64,000 bases of DNA, taken from the NCBI GenBank assembly GCA_963795085.1, contig CAWCFX010000006.1, positions 384,001-448,000 on the forward strand, written 5' to 3'. Source of the stretch: an uncultured Gemmatimonadales bacterium (GTDB lineage: Bacteria > Gemmatimonadota > Gemmatimonadetes > Gemmatimonadales > GWC2-71-9). Numbering within the stretch: position 1 is the stretch's first letter; each line of letters opens with the position of its first letter. Below are positions 37,955 through 47,145 of the stretch, one piece after another. Below the pieces are notes generated by a model that worked only from the letters and a program-made list of their open reading frames with translations, ran no database searches and was not told the origin of the DNA. The translations under genes were made by a program, and so were the position numbers.

Positions 37955-39547
37955 GTGCCCGATACCCGCCTGATTCTCCCGCCCGCCGGCAGCTCCTCGC
38001 CGCCCACCGGCGGACGGGTACGCGAGATCCCCGAAGACCTGCTCCGGGAAGCCGCCAACCGGCTCCGGCTGAGCGCCCTGATCGGCGTGGTGCTCTGGCT
38101 GGTCGGCCTGACCCTCGACCATCTCGCCCGCCAGGCGCTGGAGCCGGACAACCCGGCCTGGCGGCAGCTCCACGCGGGCGACGCGGTAGCGGCGGTCGGG
38201 ATCCTCACCTCGCTCGGTTTCTATCTCTACGCCCGGTACTCCCGCCGGCCCCCGCGGTTCATGCTGGACCTGGGGCTGGTCTATCTCGTCCTGACCTCGT
38301 TCTCGCTGGCGATTATCGCCCACGTGGGGTCCGGCGTGCATACCGCGACGATCCAGCCCACCTTCAGCTGGGTCGCCTCCCTGGTGCTGATCTTCGCCGC
38401 GATCATTCCCAACCCGCCCGGGAAGACCCTGGTGGCCGGCCTCATCGCCGTCTCCATGAACCCGGTGGCCATGCTCATTGCCCGGGCCCAGGGCGCGTGG
38501 GACTTCGAGCCGGGCAGCCACGCCTTCCTGATGCACTATCCCGACTACATCATGGTGGGCGTGTCGGTCGTCATCTCCCGGGTGGTGACCCGGCTGGGCC
38601 AGCAGGTGGGCAAGGCGCGCGAGCTGGGGAGTTACCGGGTGGGCGAACTGCTCGGCAAGGGAGGCATGGGCGAGGTCTATCACGCGACTCACCGGATGCT
38701 GGCCCGGCCCGCGGCCATCAAGCTGATCCGGGCCGGGATGCTCGGCGGCGGCGACCCCGAAGCGCTGCGACTCGCCCTCCGGCGGTTTCGCCGGGAGGCC
38801 GAGGTGGCGGCGAGCCTCCGGTCTCCCCACACGGTCGAGCTGTATGACTTCGGCGCGACCGAAGACCAGAGCCTCTACTACGTCATGGAGTTGCTCGACG
38901 GGCTGGACCTGGAGGCGCTGGTCCGGATGCACGGCGCCCAGCCCGCCAACCGGGTCGTCCACATCCTGCGCCAGGCCTGCGAATCGCTGGAAGAGGCGCA
39001 CGCCCGCGGCCTGGTGCATCGCGACATCAAGCCGGCCAACATCCACCTGGGCCGAATGGGGCTGCGGCACGACTTCGTCAAGGTGCTCGACTTCGGACTG
39101 GTGAAATCCATCGCGGACGCCGCGGCGGGTGGCGACCAGGAGCACTCGCTGGGGACGGGGATGGGACAGGCGGCGGGCACCCCCGCCTACATGGCGCCGG
39201 AGACCGCGCTGGGTGAAGCGGTGGATGCCCGGACCGATCTCTACGCCCTCGGCTGCGTCGCCTATTACCTGCTCACCGGCACGGTGGTCTTCGAGGCCGC
39301 GACCTCGCTGCAGGCGGTGGCCCGGCATATCAACGACCCGCCGGTCCCACCCTCCGAGCGGCTGGGTGCCCCGCTCCCGGCCGGCCTGGATGCGCTCGTC
39401 CTGGCCCTCCTGGCCAAGCGCCCGGAGAACCGGCCCGGCGACGCGGCCGAGGTGGCGCGACGGCTGGAGGCGGTGGAGGTGGAGCGATGGGGGGAGACCC
39501 AGGCGGCCGCCTGGTGGACAGAACTTGGCGGTAAAACGGGGCGGTAG
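37955..39547 (+). CDS. Membrane-anchored Hanks-type Ser/Thr kinase
   Basis: N-terminal TMs; GKGGMGEVY, AIK, HRDIKPAN, DFG, GTPAYMAPE. Confidence 0.93.
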   Translation: MPDTRLILPPAGSSSPPTGGRVREIPEDLLREAANRLRLSALIGVVLWLVGLTLDHLARQALEPDNPAWRQLHAGDAVAAVGILTSLGFYLYARYSRRPPRFMLDLGLVYLVLTSFSLAIIAHVGSGVHTATIQPTFSWVASLVLIFAAIIPNPPGKTLVAGLIAVSMNPVAMLIARAQGAWDFEPGSHAFLMHYPDYIMVGVSVVISRVVTRLGQQVGKARELGSYRVGELLGKGGMGEVYHATHRMLARPAAIKLIRAGMLGGGDPEALRLALRRFRREAEVAASLRSPHTVELYDFGATEDQSLYYVMELLDGLDLEALVRMHGAQPANRVVHILRQACESLEEAHARGLVHRDIKPANIHLGRMGLRHDFVKVLDFGLVKSIADAAAGGDQEHSLGTGMGQAAGTPAYMAPETALGEAVDARTDLYALGCVAYYLLTGTVVFEAATSLQAVARHINDPPVPPSERLGAPLPAGLDALVLALLAKRPENRPGDAAEVARRLEAVEVERWGETQAAAWWTELGGKTGR

Positions 39548-39576
39548 GACTGGGCGGTAGTGACTGGGCGGTAGGG
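39527..39576. repeat. GGGCGGTAG tandem repeat (reverse CTACCGCCC family)
   Basis: 4 units; the second supplies the kinase stop. Confidence 0.85.
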
Positions 39577-39610
39577 CTGGACCACGCACATTCGGAAAGG
39601 TGTAGAGCGC

Positions 39611-39988
39611 ATGCGACTCAAGACCATCTTCACCCTCGCCGCCATCTACCTGGCGGTCCTCGGACTCGGCTTCATGCTGGTCCCCCGGCAGATCGGGGTC
39701 GGCGCCGTGCCTCTGGATCCCTCCCCGGCGCTGGTTGCCTATCTCCGGCTGTTCGGCGGACCCTTCCTCGGTATCGCGGTGTTGAACTGGCTGGCCCGGA
39801 GGGAAGCCCCCTCCACCGCGCTCACCGCCATCGTGCTGGCCAACGCGGTCGGGTTCGGGTGCGTGGCGGCCATGGACGTCTGGGGCGTCTTCGGCGGCAC
39901 CGCGCGCCCGATCGCGAAAGTGTTCCTGGTGATCCACGCGGGTCTTGCTGCCGCGTTCATCCTGGCATGGCGGAGTCGGCGGGCATAG
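39611..39988 (+). CDS. Four-TM hypothetical membrane protein
   Basis: Hydrophobic helices, GC codon bias. Confidence 0.75.
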   Translation: MRLKTIFTLAAIYLAVLGLGFMLVPRQIGVGAVPLDPSPALVAYLRLFGGPFLGIAVLNWLARREAPSTALTAIVLANAVGFGCVAAMDVWGVFGGTARPIAKVFLVIHAGLAAAFILAWRSRRA

Positions 39989-40130
39989 AGGGCGGGCAGA
40001 AAGGGACAGGCGTACCAGGCGGGCGGGAGGAGCGAGTTGTTGTCCGCCCCGTTCGTCCGCCTTTTTCGTCCGCCCTGTATGCCCGCCCCTTTCGCCCGCG
40101 CTTCATACCCGCGCAATCAAAAGGTCTATC

Positions 40131-40562
40131 ATGGCACTGCTGGTCGGCGTACTGCTTGGCGTGGCGGTCGGGCTCCTGGGGACCGTGAGCGGCATGGACC
40201 GGGACCGGGCGTTCTACCCCGTCGCCACGATCGTCATCGCGTCCTACTACGCGCTCTTCGCGGTGATGGGCGGAACCTCGCGGGCGCTCGCGGTGGAGAT
40301 GCTGATCGGCCTGGTCTTCCTGGTTGCCGCGGTCTGGGGCTTCAAGTCCTCCCTCTGGATCGTGGTGGCGGCCATGGCGGGGCATGGTCTCATGGATGCC
40401 GTGCACGGCAGCCTCGTGGCCAATGACGGCGTCCCGGTTTGGTGGCCGCTGTTCTGCGGGTCTATCGATATCACCCTCGCGGCTTACCTCGGCGTGGTAC
40501 TCTGGAGACAGAGGCACCGGGCAGCGGGACCAGGCGGTATGAGTTCCGTTCCCACCGGCTGA
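40131..40562 (+). CDS. Membrane protein (DUF6010-like)
   Basis: DRDRAFY, IASYYALFA, HGLMDAVH, GVPVWWPLFC. Confidence 0.75.
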   Translation: MALLVGVLLGVAVGLLGTVSGMDRDRAFYPVATIVIASYYALFAVMGGTSRALAVEMLIGLVFLVAAVWGFKSSLWIVVAAMAGHGLMDAVHGSLVANDGVPVWWPLFCGSIDITLAAYLGVVLWRQRHRAAGPGGMSSVPTG

Positions 40563-40566
40563 CGGC

Positions 40567-40962
40567 ATGCACACCGCCGCCCGGCTCGTCGTGGTGCTCG
40601 TCGGTTGTTATCTCCTCGCCCTGGGGCTCGTGGCGTGGATGGCGCCGGCACGGGCCGAGCGATTTCTCGGCGGATTCGCCGGGTCGGCACGTGCGCACTA
40701 CCTGGAGCTGTCGCTCCGCCTCGTCGCCGGCTGGGCCGTCCTCGCCTCCGCTCCCCACATGCTGTTCCCCGGGTTCTTTACTCTCTTCGGCTGGGTGCTC
40801 CTCCTCACCACCGCCGGACTCTTCGCCATACCGTGGCGGCTGCACCGGCGCTTCGCCGAGTGGGGTGTCCCCCGGGCCATGCGACACCTGAAGCTGGTGG
40901 CGGTTGCTTCGTTCGCGCTTGGGGGGTTGATCATCGCGTGCCTCGTTGCCGGCAGGGGCTGA
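40567..40962 (+). CDS. Hypothetical membrane protein
   Basis: FAGSARAHYLE, PWRLHRRFA; 4 TMs. Confidence 0.75.
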   Translation: MHTAARLVVVLVGCYLLALGLVAWMAPARAERFLGGFAGSARAHYLELSLRLVAGWAVLASAPHMLFPGFFTLFGWVLLLTTAGLFAIPWRLHRRFAEWGVPRAMRHLKLVAVASFALGGLIIACLVAGRG

Positions 40963-41064
40963 AGTACCGCCTCCCCTGGCAAGCCGGCCGGCCATGTCCC
41001 TCAGCGGAGTCTAGTCCATGGGCGTCAAGGGAACCCACCTCCATCTTGGCGGCCAGGCAGATGC

Positions 41065-41340
41065 GCACATGGGGCGTTCCCATTGCCTCACCTCGACCTT
41101 CGAGGCGCATTAACGCAGAGAGCACCGAGTGTAACTACGAGTCCGCAGAAACTGGGATCGTTTCAGTTCATTATGACTTTGTTTCCGCGTCCTCTTGGTC
41201 CTTCTGCGCCCTCTGCGTTAAAGCGCCTCGGAACGCGAATCCACGACAATCCCAGCGCCCGCCAGAGCGTTACAGCGCCCCGAGCCCGAATCCACGACCA
41301 TTTCAACGCCCACGCCAAGCCTTACAGCGCCCTCGAGCCG
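41065..41340. repeat. Palindromic MITE/REP-like element copy 2 (IR 41101-41230)
   Basis: Arms, interior and both flanks homologous to copy 1. Confidence 0.9.
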
Positions 41341-41344
41341 GACC

Positions 41345-41761
41345 TTCAACCCTTCTGTCCCCAGGCTCTACCCTGATGTGACACCGTTCCAAGGTGTCCT
41401 CCTTTTGATTCAGTCCCGGCTGCCGCGGGGGTGAACCCCATTGCCGGCCGCTCCAAGGTGACTGGCCGCCCGGATCGAGCCTCCTCTACCCCGCGTACAA
41501 CCCGCCTGCCGGGAGCTTCAACCCGATTGTCCGGCGAGTCCAAACTTCCTGCCGGGGGGTCCGAGCCTCCTGGCCGGGTGCTTCGAGCCGGCCACCCCAC
41601 CTTCCAACCCTGCATGCCGGCTGGTTCGACCCTGTTGTCCCGGGGGTTCCACCTGCCTGCCGGGTGGTTCCACCCACGTGAGGGCCGGTTCCACCCTGCT
41701 GACTCACCACTTCCACCCTGCTGCCGGGTGGTCCAACCCGACTCGATGCGTCCTCCAACGG
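41345..41761 (+). repeat. Phased degenerate array: 20 cores (TYCVASCC-like) at 21-22 nt spacing
   Basis: Cores at 41345, 41366, 41387, 41409, 41431, 41452, 41474, 41496, 41517, 41539, 41560, 41582, 41603, 41625, 41647, 41668, 41689, 41711, 41732, 41754. Confidence 0.8.
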
Positions 41762-42005
41762 GAGCGCCTGTGTCCTCCCGTGGGGATGGTTCGCTGTCCG
41801 TGCGGCCGGGCCGCGGGGTGCGATGAAACCGTTTGCACTGCCCTCCCCTGGACGCATGATATCTCGCGGCCGCGCAACTGGTTGAGCGCGGGTGCTGAGC
41901 ATCGGGCCGCGGGCCTCGGCCGGGAGGCTCGAGTGGTCTGGCACGCCGGTTCCGTTGGGGGGCATCCATCGCGGGATTCATCATGACCACTCACAGGAGC
42001 GTCGT

Positions 42006-42854
42006 ATGAAGCGCATCGTTCGTCGTAAACTGGAGATGGTGAGCCGGGTGCGGGAGTTCTGCCGGAGTCATCCGATCGATATCGACGGCTACATCGAGGC
42101 GATGGCCCGGCTGGAGGACCGGATGGCGCGGGCGGAGGCGCTGGCGGTGCTGCAGGGGACCGGGTTCCTTCACCAGAGCGGCAGCACCCGGTCCAAGGCG
42201 GTGATCCGGGAGGAGATCCGGGAGCGGCACCTGCGCCACCTGGTGCGGATCGCCCGCGGCGCGGCGGGCGACGTCATGGCGATCACCTGCCGGTTCCGCC
42301 TGCCGAAGAAGGGCATCAACGGGCAAGCCTTCGCCTCCGAAGCCCGGGCGATGCTGGGCCAGGCGGCGGAGTACCGGGCGCTGTTCATCAAGGACGGCAT
42401 GCCGCCGACGTTCATCGAAGACATCCATAAGCTGCTGGCCGAGTACGAGGGAGCGGTGACGGGGCAGTATGAAGGGACGGCGTGGCACGTGGGAGCGGTG
42501 GCGGAGCTGCCTGCCCTGGCGCGGGAGCTGTGCCAGCTGGTGAAACGGCTGGACGCGATCAACCAGATGCGGTTCCAGCACGACGCGGGACTCCTGGGGG
42601 CCTGGGACGCGGCTCGGCGGGTGTCGTGGCCGGGGGCGGGGGCGAAGGCGGTGGTGGAGGTGGCGGCGGAGGAGGCAGGAGAGGTGATGGAGGTGGCGGG
42701 AGAGGTAATGGAGGTGGCGGGAGAGGTGGTGGAGGGAGAGGGTCTGGGGCTGGTGGCGTTGGGGGGGCTGGCGGAGTTCCTATCCAGGGGCATACTGGTA
42801 GGGCAACGGCGACTCGTGAGCAATCCCTCGTTGGTCAGAAACCTTACATCTTAG
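42006..42854 (+). CDS. All-helical hypothetical protein with 7-aa repeat tail
   Basis: AGGAG SD; amphipathic helices ending LLGAWDAARRV; tail EVAGEVM repeats (21 nt). Confidence 0.8.
   Translation: MKRIVRRKLEMVSRVREFCRSHPIDIDGYIEAMARLEDRMARAEALAVLQGTGFLHQSGSTRSKAVIREEIRERHLRHLVRIARGAAGDVMAITCRFRLPKKGINGQAFASEARAMLGQAAEYRALFIKDGMPPTFIEDIHKLLAEYEGAVTGQYEGTAWHVGAVAELPALARELCQLVKRLDAINQMRFQHDAGLLGAWDAARRVSWPGAGAKAVVEVAAEEAGEVMEVAGEVMEVAGEVVEGEGLGLVALGGLAEFLSRGILVGQRRLVSNPSLVRNLTS
42768..42796 (+). promoter_or_regulatory. Promoter module CTGGCG-N17-CATACT, copy 3
   Basis: Exact boxes and spacing, upstream of the + strand cassette-like run. Confidence 0.6.
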
Positions 42855-42865
42855 CGGGGGTTACA

Positions 42866-43462
42866 ATGCGTGCCCTGGGGATCACCCTGCTGCTGAGTTC
42901 ATTGTCTTCTCTTCTGGCGGCGCAAACCACATCGAGCGCACGCGAGTTCAAGCCCAGCTCCTGCGCCGCCGCCGATAGCGCCCTGGGACGGCCGATCTCC
43001 AAGCCCCGCCAACCGATCCAGGGGATGTATTCCCGGGCAACCGGAGAGTCCATGGTGTTCTCAGCCGACCCCTGGGCCTACAATGCCTCGCGTCCCCTCC
43101 GTGCGGTCTGGGTAACCACGAAGTTCGCCGGTGACGGGCCGGAGGCAATGCCCATCCTGGGCTTCCAGGTGCGCCTTGAGGATACGTTGCTGAGGGTCGG
43201 CCCGGATGCCCGGCTGAGCCTCCAGTTCGACAGTGCCGCCGCCCAGGTCATCGGGGAAATGCAGGGACAGCGCTTTGGTTCTGGGCGCAAGATCGACCAG
43301 GTGCTGACGATCGGGCTCACCGGGCCGGAGTCACGGCAACTGGCCGCTGCGTACCGGGTCCGGGGCATGATCGGGGAACTCGCTTTCGAGGTTCCTGAAC
43401 GGGCCCTGGAGGGCATTCGGGCCGTCTACGTCGCGGGGGCATGTGGAGTAAGGCTCCGGTAG
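42866..43462 (+). CDS. Secreted hypothetical protein
   Basis: Signal peptide MRALGITLLL..LAA-Q. Confidence 0.7.
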   Translation: MRALGITLLLSSLSSLLAAQTTSSAREFKPSSCAAADSALGRPISKPRQPIQGMYSRATGESMVFSADPWAYNASRPLRAVWVTTKFAGDGPEAMPILGFQVRLEDTLLRVGPDARLSLQFDSAAAQVIGEMQGQRFGSGRKIDQVLTIGLTGPESRQLAAAYRVRGMIGELAFEVPERALEGIRAVYVAGACGVRLR

Positions 43463-43577
43463 CATTCTGCCGCCTGGCACGACGATCGATCATGATCAGC
43501 GCGGTTGCCGCTCAAACAAGCTTTCCGACACTCGCATCGATCGACCGCTGGCAAGTGGACACGACTAGTGAGATTCT

Positions 43578-43964
43578 ATGAGATACCGCAGACCGTCTTC
43601 CACACATCCCGCCTTGCTCCTGTTCGCCATGCTGACGCTACTCAATTGCTCGGGAGGCACCGCTGACCCAACCAATGATCCCCTGCTGGATCCGGTACTC
43701 AATGGTGCCTGGGTGGATGGCATACAGTCCGGCCCGGTAAAGATTTACATAACCGAGTTCACGTTCAGCAACGGGCGTTTCGAGTGGACGTTTGACGGCG
43801 ACCTCCAGCAGAGAGGCGAGTATGACACTCGCGATGGGATTCTCACGGTTACCATTCACAATAACTACGGCTCACCGCAACGCACGCTGGGCGACTACAG
43901 CAGACCTTACGCCATTACCGGCCATACTCTCACGTGGGGCGGGTGGCAGTTCACAAAGCATTAG
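43578..43964 (+). CDS. Lipoprotein, lipocalin-like beta protein
   Basis: LLNC lipobox, LNGAW, GEYDT; lower GC than flanks. Confidence 0.7.
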   Translation: MRYRRPSSTHPALLLFAMLTLLNCSGGTADPTNDPLLDPVLNGAWVDGIQSGPVKIYITEFTFSNGRFEWTFDGDLQQRGEYDTRDGILTVTIHNNYGSPQRTLGDYSRPYAITGHTLTWGGWQFTKH

Positions 43965-44057
43965 CTGATCTCCAAAAAGCAATCAACGCGTTCGGCTACC
44001 CGGTGAACGCCACCCGCGTGCTGAGCGTGGATTATCGCACGGGCGCAAACCGTTATG
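43965..44057 (+). mobile_element. Degenerate attC-like site
   Basis: GTGCTGAGCG...GCGCAAACCGTTATGA right half shared with the 32453 site. Confidence 0.5.
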
Positions 44058-44085
44058 ACGCGCCTTCACAGTCTTCAAGTAACCT

Positions 44086-44310
44086 ATGGCTCCCGACACG
44101 ACCTGGCAGCAGGGTATCCTGTGGGCCATAGGCGCCGTGATTCTTGTGGCGGCCTGGCTCATGATGGAAGGTGCCGGCGATATTGCGGAAGAGATCGCGA
44201 ACCCTTCAAGGGATGACACACCGTGGTCGACGGTCAGGCCACGAGTGATCCTGGCATACTTTCTCGTCGCCGCGGTCGGGGTCGGCATTTTCCTTCTGCC
44301 CGGTGGTTGA
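44086..44310 (+). CDS. Small two-TM protein
   Basis: Two hydrophobic helices; follows the attC-like site. Confidence 0.55.
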   Translation: MAPDTTWQQGILWAIGAVILVAAWLMMEGAGDIAEEIANPSRDDTPWSTVRPRVILAYFLVAAVGVGIFLLPGG

Positions 44311-44451
44311 TGTCAGGTCCCAGCTAGTCCCACGGCTGGGGTTGAGCCGGCGGGTCTATCCGGAAACGGCCGGGGGAGGCATACTGGGGTGGACCGTCAA
44401 GAACCGATACGGCCATGCGCTCGCCAGGCCACTACTACGGGTGTCGCTGTC

Positions 44452-44928
44452 ATGCCGGAGTTGCGGAGTCCACTCTCGCCGGACGAATGCTCCCGCCGCC
44501 TGGTGGCCCGGGCGGGCGAGGCCCAGTTGTACCGGGGGGAAGTTCTGCCGCATGACACTCGGATGCTGGCCCGGGTATCTGGCCGTCGGTTCCAATTATG
44601 GCGTTACGCGGGGCTGCGGAATGCGTTCGGCTATCGCTTCCATGGTCACCTGGTTCCGGTCAACGGTGCCACCGCGATCCGCGGGACCGTTCGTCTCGGC
44701 CTGAGTGCGATACTGCTGCTCGCACTCCTCCCGGCGTGGGTCATCGGCCTGTCAAGCCGGAGTCCGCAGCTTCGTTCGATTGAACTCGTGGAACTTCGCG
44801 TGGCCCTGCTCTGGGGGATTGGTGTCGTCCTGATTGGAACGGTGCAAGCCATCGCCGCCCATCGGTTCGCGGATCCCTTCCTGGCCTTTTTGAGGAATAC
44901 GCTCGAGGCGACGGTCACGCACCGGTAG
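44452..44928 (+). CDS. Hypothetical membrane protein
   Basis: RNAF..F.G.L motif plus two TMs; preceded by GGAGGCATACTGG module at 44375. Confidence 0.65.
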   Translation: MPELRSPLSPDECSRRLVARAGEAQLYRGEVLPHDTRMLARVSGRRFQLWRYAGLRNAFGYRFHGHLVPVNGATAIRGTVRLGLSAILLLALLPAWVIGLSSRSPQLRSIELVELRVALLWGIGVVLIGTVQAIAAHRFADPFLAFLRNTLEATVTHR

Positions 44929-45005
44929 CAGCCGGACATCGATTGAAGTAGTACACAGTCACCAGCCACCCGAGCATTCCCGCGGTCATTCGCCCTTTGG
45001 TTCTC

Positions 45006-45317
45006 ATGCCGCACAGCGTACATGCACGGTCTCTCGGAACCCGGGTCATGCAGGGGTTGGGCCTCGCCCTGCTCCTGGTGGTGTTCCGCATGGGCGCGGG
45101 TCTGCTTGCCGCGTCCATTCGCTGGAACGAGGTGATAATGGTGGGAGCCGCCGCCTCACTGGGCGGAGTCCTGGGTGGCGCAACGTTCTACGCGACCGAC
45201 GGCTGGCGAATCGCGGGAGGATGGCGCCGGACGCTGGCCAACGTCCTTTCGCTGCTGGCCTACTGCGCCGGTGCAGGCGGCGCCATTCTTCTTCTCCCGC
45301 CACCAGAGAGCTTGTGA
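45006..45317 (+). CDS. Small membrane protein
   Basis: Three TM segments. Confidence 0.6.
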   Translation: MPHSVHARSLGTRVMQGLGLALLLVVFRMGAGLLAASIRWNEVIMVGAAASLGGVLGGATFYATDGWRIAGGWRRTLANVLSLLAYCAGAGGAILLLPPPESL

Positions 45318-45806
45318 GCGCTCGGCAATGGAGCGCATGGGTGCTGGCCGCTTCCCTGGGCTGTTTCGGGTGCGGCATCGGCCGCACGGACGCCTGCCGA
45401 GCCCATCTACCGCTACATCAACGTCCTGGACGGCACCGAGATCCGCCTGGGTGAACCGTTCGACCATCGCGCGCTGGCCAAGGCTCTCGATGATACGAGC
45501 TATACCCTCATGCCGGGCACCTTTAGCGGCGGGGGAACGGTCTCGATCGTCGTCCGCACGGACACCGCCTCCGTCGTCCGGTCCATGACTTTCATCTACG
45601 ACGGCTCCGAGACGGTGGACACGAAGGTCGCCAGCTACACTGCCAGCCTGGGAAGGCCGGCGACGGAGCGGGACGACCGCTCCGGCCGGTCCACGTATGT
45701 CTGGGAGGATTCGACCACGCGGTTCGAGCTGGTCTCCTCGCCTCTGAGCACGCCCGGCCTGTGGTCCCGTCTCCTGGACCGGCCCGGCCGGGGAGAACAG
45801 TTCTGA
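45314..45806 (+). pseudogene. Lipoprotein-like hypothetical gene, +1 frameshift near 45374
   Basis: GTG start with signal ..LGCFGC; removing one G joins it to ASAARTPAEPIYRY...WEDSTTRFEL. Confidence 0.6.
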
Positions 45807-45849
45807 CGCGGGTGGTGTGCGGGCGGCAGAATCCCTTCACCCACGGCAT

Positions 45850-45983
45850 CGAGGCGCATTAACGCAGAGGGCACAGGTAACGCACCAGGTCCTGTCTGAT
45901 GAGGTGAAAAGTGCTTTTACAACAACCAGCTGTTTCTGCGGTCTCGTGGTTCACTTCCGCGTTCTCTGCGTTAATGCGCCTCG
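45850..45983. repeat. Palindromic MITE/REP-like element copy 3 (inverted)
   Basis: Perfect 20-bp IR CGAGGCGCATTAACGCAGAG; interior CCGCAGAAAC on the minus strand. Confidence 0.9.
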
Positions 45984-46090
45984 GTGCCGACACCCACGAC
46001 TATGCCCACGCCCACAACTCTTCACCGGAGGTCGTGAGCCCCGAGTCGCCGGGTTGCGGCGGTTTCACCAGACACGGGAGAACCCCAGGA

Positions 46091-46930
46091 ATGACGCTAC
46101 GCCTCCTCCTCCTCCTCACCCTCGGACTGGCCGGCACCATTGCCGGCCCACTCCAGAGTCAGCAGTTGCGGCCCCAGCCGCCGAGCCTGCCCGGCTTGTC
46201 CCTGCCCCTCGCGCTCGGACTCGGGGATGCCGTTTGGGTGGCGCCGGTGCCCCGGTGGAGAATCACCGCGCTCGGCGCGCTCCTGGCGGCGGCGCCGGCC
46301 CGGGACAGCGCTGACGTCGCCTGCCCGATGCCGGTGCAGCGGCTCCGGCCCTCGATTGACGACGGCATGCCCGTCCTCAAAGGCGACTCGACCACTGCCC
46401 CCGCGGCGACTCGGTCGCTGGCGATGCCGTCCTGTGACAATCCCCTCTTCGAACGAAGGGCAGCCCCACCCCATGAGCCTCCTCTCCCGACTCCCCCGCG
46501 TCCTGGTCCTCGGCCTGCTGGGAGTGCCGGTTTCCCTGTCGGCGCAGACCCGGATAGACATCGGACCCAGCGTCGGGCTCTACCTGCCCCTCCGCTCGTA
46601 CGTCGGCCCGGGGTCCTCGTTTTTCCCTCCCTTCAGCGAGAGCAGCGAGTGGACCCAACGGAACGCCCTCGCCGTGGGGGCCCATGCCGCCATGTGGCTG
46701 GGCCGCCGGTGGGGCGTCGCCGCGAGCTACAATTACGCCGGAAGCGACGTGAGCAACCCCGCCGCGGGCGGCATGCCGGGCGGCCGGCTGGACGGCTCGG
46801 TCCAGGTCCTGACCGCCGAGCTGCAGGCCCGCCTCGGAAACACCGATCGCCCCTTTCAGCTGGTCTTCACCGGCGGGGCCGCCTATATCACCCGGAGTGG
46901 AGACGCCTTCGCCCAGGTGGATGGCCATGA
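46091..46930 (+). CDS. Secreted hypothetical protein (CPMPV..MPV..CDNPLF); true end probably near 46470
   Basis: Signal peptide; frame runs on into the next gene, suggesting a lost stop. Confidence 0.4.
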   Translation: MTLRLLLLLTLGLAGTIAGPLQSQQLRPQPPSLPGLSLPLALGLGDAVWVAPVPRWRITALGALLAAAPARDSADVACPMPVQRLRPSIDDGMPVLKGDSTTAPAATRSLAMPSCDNPLFERRAAPPHEPPLPTPPRPGPRPAGSAGFPVGADPDRHRTQRRALPAPPLVRRPGVLVFPSLQREQRVDPTERPRRGGPCRHVAGPPVGRRRELQLRRKRREQPRRGRHAGRPAGRLGPGPDRRAAGPPRKHRSPLSAGLHRRGRLYHPEWRRLRPGGWP

Positions 46931-47111
46931 CGCGGTAGGCGCCGTCCTCGGCCTGGCGTCGCGGCGGGAGCTGGGATCCCGCTGGGTGGCCACCGGGAGC
47001 GTCCGGGTGCTGATCTACTCCCTGGAGTTGCGCGACGAGGCCATGACCTACGAGGCGTCCACCCAGGCCGACATGCTGGGACAGGTCACCATCGCCTACC
47101 GAGTCTTTTAG
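46473..47111 (+). CDS. Outer-membrane beta-barrel protein
   Basis: Signal LSA-Q, alternating beta strands, C-terminal IAYRVF. Confidence 0.75.
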   Translation: MSLLSRLPRVLVLGLLGVPVSLSAQTRIDIGPSVGLYLPLRSYVGPGSSFFPPFSESSEWTQRNALAVGAHAAMWLGRRWGVAASYNYAGSDVSNPAAGGMPGGRLDGSVQVLTAELQARLGNTDRPFQLVFTGGAAYITRSGDAFAQVDGHDAVGAVLGLASRRELGSRWVATGSVRVLIYSLELRDEAMTYEASTQADMLGQVTIAYRVF

Positions 47112-47145
47112 GTGGCCGGCCGGTTTCCGCCCTGATCTCCCATCC

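Noticed and set aside
41345..41761. CRISPR array, or the repeat-protein ORF 41346..41990(-)
   Set aside because: The 21-22 nt period is too short for CRISPR, and mixed spacing shifts the peptide motif between frames.
41939..41954. sigma54 promoter CTGGCACGCCGGTTCC before the helical gene
   Set aside because: The -24 box matches, but the near-invariant GC at -12 is CC; kept only as a weak possibility.
45896..45915. Hammerhead ribozyme core (CTGATGA...GAAA)
   Set aside because: Only 3 nt lie between the motifs, so no stem II can form; not conserved in the other two element copies.
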